Source: Betaproteobacteria bacterium (GTDB lineage: Bacteria > Pseudomonadota > Gammaproteobacteria > Burkholderiales > SG8-39). Taken from it: 57,796 bases of DNA. Under the pieces are notes generated by a model. The model had not been told where the DNA came from. It made no database searches and saw only the letters and a list, made by a program, of their open reading frames with translations. Positions 53,034 to 57,796 of this stretch are shown here, in pieces. Position 1 is the stretch's first letter; the number at the start of each line of letters is the position of its first letter. Location of the stretch: assembly GCA_031391655.1 (NCBI GenBank), contig JANMUO010000306.1:1-57796 (forward strand), read 5' to 3'. The translations under genes were made by a program, and so were the position numbers.

Positions 53034-53984
53034 ATGAAATCGCTCGTCGCAGCATTGCTGTGCGCAGCCGCGGCTGTCGCGCAGGCCCAGTACCCGCAGC
53101 GCCCGGTGCAGGTGATCGTGCCCTGGGGCGCGGGCGGCGGCACGGACGCTACCGCGCGCATCATCGCCGTGCTGCTGGAAAAGGAATTGAAGCAGCCGTT
53201 CAACGTGGTCAACCGCACCGGCGGCTCAGGGGTAGTGGGCCACGACGCCATCGCCAAGGCCGCGCCCGACGGCTACTCCATCGGCATGATCACAGTCGAG
53301 ATCACGATGATGCACCACGTCGGCCTGACGGCGCTCAAGCACACCGACTACACGCCCATCGGCCTTGTCAACGCCGATCCGGCCGGCATCCACGTGCGCG
53401 CGGACGCGCCCTACAAGACGGTAAAGGACCTGCTCGGCGCCATCAAGGCGAACCCTGGCAAGTTCAAGGCCTCCGGCACCGGCCAGGGCGGCATCTGGCA
53501 CCTCGCCATCGCCGGCCTGCTGAAGGAGCAGGGCATCGATCCGAACGCCCTGCCCTGGGTGCCTTCGAACGGCGCCGCGCCCGGCATGCAGGACATGGTC
53601 GCCGGCGGCGTGGAAGTCGTGCCCTGCTCGATCCCCGAGGCGCGCGCCATGATCGACGCAGGCAAGGCGCGGGCGCTCGCCATCATGGACGCCAACCCGC
53701 CAGCGCTGTACCCGAACGTGCCGACGCTGAAGAAGGAGCTCGGCTCCGACTGGGCGATCGCCGCCTGGCGCGTGATCGCGGCGCCCAAAGGCATCCCGCC
53801 GGAAGCACAGCGCACGCTGACGGTGGCGCTGAAGAAAGTCTACGACTCCAAGGAGTACAAGGACTTCATGGCGAGCCGCGGCTTCGGCGTGGTGTGGGCC
53901 GATCCGGAAGGCACCGCGAAATTCATGGCCGCGTCGGATGCCAGCCTGGGCGCGGCGCTGAAAGCGGTCGGCCTGGCCAAGTAG
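53034..53984 (+). CDS. tctC: Tripartite tricarboxylate transporter substrate-binding protein
   Basis: Distal 316 aa of track ORF 52692..53984, with RBS GGAGGGG. It has a signal peptide, then YPQRPVQVIVPWGAGGGTDATARI...VNRTGGSG. It sits directly upstream of tctB and tctA. Confidence 0.9.
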   Translation: MKSLVAALLCAAAAVAQAQYPQRPVQVIVPWGAGGGTDATARIIAVLLEKELKQPFNVVNRTGGSGVVGHDAIAKAAPDGYSIGMITVEITMMHHVGLTALKHTDYTPIGLVNADPAGIHVRADAPYKTVKDLLGAIKANPGKFKASGTGQGGIWHLAIAGLLKEQGIDPNALPWVPSNGAAPGMQDMVAGGVEVVPCSIPEARAMIDAGKARALAIMDANPPALYPNVPTLKKELGSDWAIAAWRVIAAPKGIPPEAQRTLTVALKKVYDSKEYKDFMASRGFGVVWADPEGTAKFMAASDASLGAALKAVGLAK

Positions 53985-53985
53985 C

Positions 53986-54447
53986 TTGAAGGTCAACGAT
54001 GCGCTGAGCGGCGCGGGACTGGCCGCTCTCGGCGCCGTCGTTCTCTGGCATATCCAGGGGTTCCCGGCGATGCCGGGCCAGAAGTTCGGCCCGGCCTGGT
54101 TTCCCGGCGTGATTGCCGCCGGACTGCTTGCCTGCGGCGTGCTGTTGATGCTGCGTGCGCAACGCGGGCCCTGGCTGGCGCGGCCGGAGTGGACACGGCG
54201 TGCCCGGCCCGCGATCGGTGTCGCCTCGGTGATTGGTGGGCTCCTGTTCTACGTTGTGGCCGCCGACCGCCTCGGCTTTCACCTCACCGGCCTGCTGCTG
54301 CTCACGCTCTGGTGCCGTGTGCTGGGCGCGGGCTGGCGCGTCTCGCTTGCGGTTTCGGTGATCGCGACCCTGGCCATTCACATGTCGTTCTACAAGCTCC
54401 TGCGCATCCCGCTGCCCTGGGGCGTGCTCGAGCGCTTCGCTTTTTAA
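53986..54447 (+). CDS. tctB: Tripartite tricarboxylate transporter small membrane subunit
   Basis: 153 aa from a TTG start, 1 nt after the tctC stop. It has four hydrophobic segments and lies between tctC and tctA. Confidence 0.8.
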   Translation: MKVNDALSGAGLAALGAVVLWHIQGFPAMPGQKFGPAWFPGVIAAGLLACGVLLMLRAQRGPWLARPEWTRRARPAIGVASVIGGLLFYVVAADRLGFHLTGLLLLTLWCRVLGAGWRVSLAVSVIATLAIHMSFYKLLRIPLPWGVLERFAF

Positions 54448-54448
54448 G

Positions 54449-55945
54449 ATGACCGCAGACATCCTCGCGCAGGCGCTGGCGCAGGTGTTCGATCCCTACG
54501 TGCTGTGGGTGATCCTCGGCTCGGCGGTCTTCGGCCTGTTCGTCGGCGCGGTCCCGGGGCTCACCGCGACCATGGCGACCGCGCTCCTCGTGCCGGTGAC
54601 GTTCTTCATGCCGCCGGTGCCGGCCATCGCCTCGATCGTCACCGCCACCGCCATGGCGATCTTCGCCGGGGACATCCCGAGCTGCTTTTTGCGCATGCCC
54701 GGCACGCCTGCCTCGGCCGCCTATACGGACGAGGCCTACGCCATGACCAAGAAGGGGCAGGGCGAGCTCGCGCTGGGCGCCAGCCTGGTGTTCTCGGTCA
54801 TCGGCGGCCTGTTCGGCACCGCGGTGCTGATCCTCGCGGCGCCGGCGCTCGCCGAGGTGGCGCTCAAGTTCTCCTCCTTCGAATACTTCTGGCTGGTGGT
54901 GCTGGGCCTCGCGAGCGCGGTGTTCCTCGCGCTCGCCAATCCGCTCAAGGGCATCGTGTCGCTGCTGCTCGGCCTGCTGGTCGCCTCGGTGGGCCTGGAC
55001 AACCCGGCCGGTTTTCCGCGCTTCACGTTCGGCAACGCCGAACTGGCCGGCGGCCTCACGCTGATCCCGATCATGATCGGCATGTTCGCGGTGTCGGAAG
55101 TGATCCGCAACGTGGCGGCGATCGAGCGGCCCTGGGAGATGGCGCAGGCGAATATCGGCAACGTGTTCCAGGGCATGTGGGGCCTCGTGCGGCGCTACCC
55201 GCTGCAGACGCTGCGCGGCAGCGTGCTCGGCACCGCGATCGGCGCGCTGCCCGGCGCCGGCGCCGACATCGCCGCCTGGATGTCCTATGCCATCTCAAAG
55301 CGGTTCTCGAAGGAACGGGCGAAGTTCGGCACCGGCCACGTCGAGGGCATCATCGAGGCCGGCGCCTCCAACAACAGCGCGCTCGCGGGTGCCTGGATCC
55401 CGGCGCTGGTGTTCGGCATCCCGGGCGACTCGATCACCGCCATCGTCATCGGCGTGCTCTACATCAAGGGCCTCAACCCGGGGCCGACGATCTTCATGAC
55501 CAATGCGGTGGCGATCTACGCCATCTTCCTGGTCTTCATCCTCGCCAACCTGATCATGCTGCCGCTGGGCGTCGCGGCCATCAAGGGCGCCAAGCAGATG
55601 CTGCGCGCGCCGCGCGAACTGCTGCTGCCGGTGATCCTGCTGTTCTGCATCGTGGGGTCGTTCGCCATCAACAATTCGGCCTTTGGCGTGCTGCTGATGC
55701 TCGCCTTCGGCATCGTCGCCTACCTGATGGAGGAGAACGGCTTCCCGGTGGCCCCCGCGATCCTCGGCATGGTGCTGGGGGCGATGCTGGAAGAGAACTT
55801 CATCAGCTCGATGATCAAAGCCGACGGCCGCCCGCTCGCTTTTTTCGAGCGGCCGATCGCCGGCGGCCTGGGCGCGCTGGTGATCGTGGTGCTGCTGGTG
55901 CCCCTCCTGCGCGCCTGGCTGCGCCGGGGTGCGCCGGCGCGGTAG
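54449..55945 (+). CDS. tctA: Tripartite tricarboxylate transporter large permease
   Basis: 498 aa polytopic membrane protein containing GAVPGLTATMATALLVP...GALPGAGADIAAWMSY. It starts 1 nt after tctB. Confidence 0.9.
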   Translation: MTADILAQALAQVFDPYVLWVILGSAVFGLFVGAVPGLTATMATALLVPVTFFMPPVPAIASIVTATAMAIFAGDIPSCFLRMPGTPASAAYTDEAYAMTKKGQGELALGASLVFSVIGGLFGTAVLILAAPALAEVALKFSSFEYFWLVVLGLASAVFLALANPLKGIVSLLLGLLVASVGLDNPAGFPRFTFGNAELAGGLTLIPIMIGMFAVSEVIRNVAAIERPWEMAQANIGNVFQGMWGLVRRYPLQTLRGSVLGTAIGALPGAGADIAAWMSYAISKRFSKERAKFGTGHVEGIIEAGASNNSALAGAWIPALVFGIPGDSITAIVIGVLYIKGLNPGPTIFMTNAVAIYAIFLVFILANLIMLPLGVAAIKGAKQMLRAPRELLLPVILLFCIVGSFAINNSAFGVLLMLAFGIVAYLMEENGFPVAPAILGMVLGAMLEENFISSMIKADGRPLAFFERPIAGGLGALVIVVLLVPLLRAWLRRGAPAR

Positions 55946-55980
55946 CATGTCGCCCTGATGACCGGATCGAAAGGATTGCC

Positions 55981-56265
55981 ATGAGCGCCCCAAGCAAGAC
56001 CGCCGCGGAAGTGCAGCGCGACCCCACCGAAGTGCTGGCCGAGAAGCTGTTCATCGAGATGTGCGGCCGCGTCTACAGCGTGAGCGGCGGGGAGAAGCCC
56101 CAGCCCAAGATGCTGGCGCAGATGAGCTTCAAGCTCGCCGAGGTGTTCGCGGCGGCGAACTACGAGTTCAACCCCACCGCGGTGGCCGCGCGCGAGGCCA
56201 AAGCCAAGGCCAACGTCAACCTGGACCACGTGCAGATCGATTTCAGCGTCGGCACCCAGAAATAG
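55981..56265 (+). CDS. Small hypothetical protein (94 aa)
   Basis: Distal part of track ORF 54505..56265, from the ATG at 55981. Codon bias is strongly GC3. The sequence reads MSAPSKTAAEVQRDPTEVLAEKLFIEMCGRVYSV...AKAKANVNLDHVQIDFSVGTQK. Confidence 0.6.
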   Translation: MSAPSKTAAEVQRDPTEVLAEKLFIEMCGRVYSVSGGEKPQPKMLAQMSFKLAEVFAAANYEFNPTAVAAREAKAKANVNLDHVQIDFSVGTQK

Positions 56266-56271
56266 CTTCGC

Positions 56272-57135
56272 GTGAAAATCGACGCCGACCGCTTCCGCGT
56301 CCGGCCCGGAGAGCCGGTGCGGCTCAAGCGCTGGGACACGCGGGTCAAGCCCTACTACGGCTCGAAGGCCGAATACCAGGAACGGCTGGCCAGCCACATC
56401 GAGGAGAAGGCCGAGCTGCAGAACCTGCTCTACGCCGATGACCGCTACTCGCTGCTGCTCATCTTCCAGGCGATGGATGCCGCCGGCAAGGACAGCTGCA
56501 TCAAGCACGTGATGTCCGGCATCAACCCGCAGGGCTGCCAGGTCTACAGCTTCAAGCACCCCAGCCCCGAGGAGCTGGACCACGATTTCCTGTGGCGCAC
56601 CACGCGCGCGCTGCCCGAGCGCGGGCGCATCGGCATCTTCAACCGCTCCTACTACGAGGAAGTGCTGATCGTGCGCGTGCACCCGGAGATCCTCAGGGCG
56701 CAGAAGCTGGCGCAGGGGCCGCTCGACGAAGTGTGGCAGGAGCGCTACCGCTCCATCAACGGCCTGGAAGCGCACCTGGAGAGGAACGGCACGCGCATCG
56801 TCAAGTTCTTCCTGCACATCTCCAAGGACGAGCAGAGGAAAAGGTTCCTGGCGCGCATCGACGAGCCGGAGAAGAACTGGAAGTTCAGCGAAAAGGACGT
56901 CGAGGAGCGCGGGTACTGGAAGGACTACATGCGCGCCTATGAAGCTTGCCTCGAGGCCACTAGCACCAAGCGCTCGCCCTGGTATGTGGTGCCTGCGGAC
57001 GACAAGCCCAACGCGCGCCTCATCGTCTCGCGCATCATCGTGCAGACGCTCAAGGGTCTCGACATGGCCTACCCGCAGCCGGACGCGGCGCGGCGCCGCG
57101 AATTGCAACGCCTGCGAAGGCTGCTGGCGAAGTAG
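56272..57135 (+). CDS. ppk2: Polyphosphate kinase 2 family (polyphosphate:nucleotide phosphotransferase)
   Basis: 287 aa from a GTG start. It has Walker A-like [28 protein letters not shown] and the C-terminal [11 protein letters not shown]. Confidence 0.9.
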   Translation: MKIDADRFRVRPGEPVRLKRWDTRVKPYYGSKAEYQERLASHIEEKAELQNLLYADDRYSLLLIFQAMDAAGKDSCIKHVMSGINPQGCQVYSFKHPSPEELDHDFLWRTTRALPERGRIGIFNRSYYEEVLIVRVHPEILRAQKLAQGPLDEVWQERYRSINGLEAHLERNGTRIVKFFLHISKDEQRKRFLARIDEPEKNWKFSEKDVEERGYWKDYMRAYEACLEATSTKRSPWYVVPADDKPNARLIVSRIIVQTLKGLDMAYPQPDAARRRELQRLRRLLAK

Positions 57136-57137
57136 CC

Positions 57138-57796
57138 TTGCGCATCGGCATCATCGGCGCGGGATTCTCCGGCCTTGGCGCCGCGATCCGGCTGCAGCAG
57201 GCCGGCTTCACGGACGTCACCCTGTTCGAGCGCGCCGCCGAGCTCGGCGGCACCTGGCGCGACAACACCTACCCGGGCTGCGCCTGCGACATCCCCTCGG
57301 TGCTGTACTCGTTTTCCTTCGCGCCCAATCCGGAGTGGACGCGCATGTATCCGTCGCAGGAGGAGATCTGGGCCTACCTGCGGCGCGTCGCCGACGCTTA
57401 CGGCCTGCGCGAGCGCATCCGCTTCGGCGCCGACATGAGCGCCGCGCGCTGGGACGAGGCGTCGAGCACCTGGCGCCTTGCGTTCAAGGATCGAAGCGAA
57501 GCGACCGTGGACATCCTCATCAGCGCTTCGGGCTTCCTCAACAAGCCCTCGTTTCCCAGGATCGAGGGCCTCGAGTCCTTCCCGGGTCCCGCCTTCCATT
57601 CCTCGCAGTGGCGCCACGACGTGGACCTCGCCGGCAAGCGCGTGGCGCTCGTGGGCACCGGCGCGAGCGCCATCCAGATCCTGCCCGAGATCGCCAGGAC
57701 CGCGGCCAGGGTGCATGTGTTCCAGCGCACCCCGCCCTGGGTGCTGCCGCGCATGGACCGCGCGCTGTCGGCGCGCGAGCAGCGCTGGTTTCGCCG
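57138..57796 (+). CDS. Type I Baeyer-Villiger / flavin-containing monooxygenase, 3' end runs off the window
   Basis: A TTG at 57138, 3 nt after the ppk2 stop, gives LRIGIIGAGFSGLGAA (FAD GxGxxG). It has the BVMO fingerprint FPGPAFHSSQW (FxGxxxHxxxW) and the second dinucleotide motif LVGTGASA. The frame is open to the window end. Confidence 0.85.
   Translation, partial: MRIGIIGAGFSGLGAAIRLQQAGFTDVTLFERAAELGGTWRDNTYPGCACDIPSVLYSFSFAPNPEWTRMYPSQEEIWAYLRRVADAYGLRERIRFGADMSAARWDEASSTWRLAFKDRSEATVDILISASGFLNKPSFPRIEGLESFPGPAFHSSQWRHDVDLAGKRVALVGTGASAIQILPEIARTAARVHVFQRTPPWVLPRMDRALSAREQRWFR

Noticed and set aside
1-57796. rRNA, tRNA, CRISPR, integrase/prophage or known anti-phage defence gene sets
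   Set aside because: Intergenic spacers are short (mostly under 120 nt), and none showed cloverleaf-like or rRNA-like sequence. No integrase, recombinase, restriction-modification, cas, reverse transcriptase or toxin-antitoxin-like pair was recognisable.

Overview
This is a very GC-rich, densely coding chromosomal window. The many Bug/TctC-type binding proteins suggest a Burkholderiales-like betaproteobacterium. I can support about 60 genes and found no rRNA, tRNA, CRISPR array or intact mobile element. Many long ORFs in the track are antisense shadows of real genes, which is typical of high-GC DNA.

Main blocks:
- 1-7.6 kb: sulfatase, disulfide oxidoreductase, M1 aminopeptidase, GNAT and amidase.
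- 7.6-14.1 kb: an RND efflux operon (adaptor, pump, outer-membrane factor) ending in an outer-membrane phospholipase A gene.
- 14.2-18.2 kb: an ArsR-led operon of nine small SRPBCC/AHSA1, DUF1428, VOC and GFA proteins, one of them frameshifted.
- 18.2-22.3 kb: a small repeat-rich secreted protein, a Tat-signal MsrB, an orphan MlaF and SrkA.
- 22.3-35 kb (most interesting): a two-partner secretion locus made of TpsB, a roughly 1500-aa exoprotein and a FecR-domain protein. The distal third of the exoprotein is 13 tandem glycine-rich units. The locus is bracketed by tailoring-type enzymes: two atypical methyltransferase-fold proteins, a GT-B glycosyltransferase coupled to a PaaK-like adenylate-forming ligase, an ATP-grasp-like protein and a histidine phosphatase.
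- 35-52 kb: a signalling and transport region. It holds a GGDEF cyclase, a Hanks kinase fused to a cNMP-binding domain, a degenerate HD-GYP plus a degenerate GGDEF-EAL pair, a tandem cNMP-binding protein and four orphan Bug binding proteins.
- 52.2-52.7 kb: a decayed RayT-like tyrosine transposase remnant.
- 53-57.8 kb: tctCBA followed tightly by a small ORF, PPK2 and a Baeyer-Villiger monooxygenase.

Notable sequence-level features are a 27-bp perfect palindrome filling a convergent intergenic gap, five convergent gene pairs sharing a CTAG double stop, and two well-supported genes with no canonical start codon.
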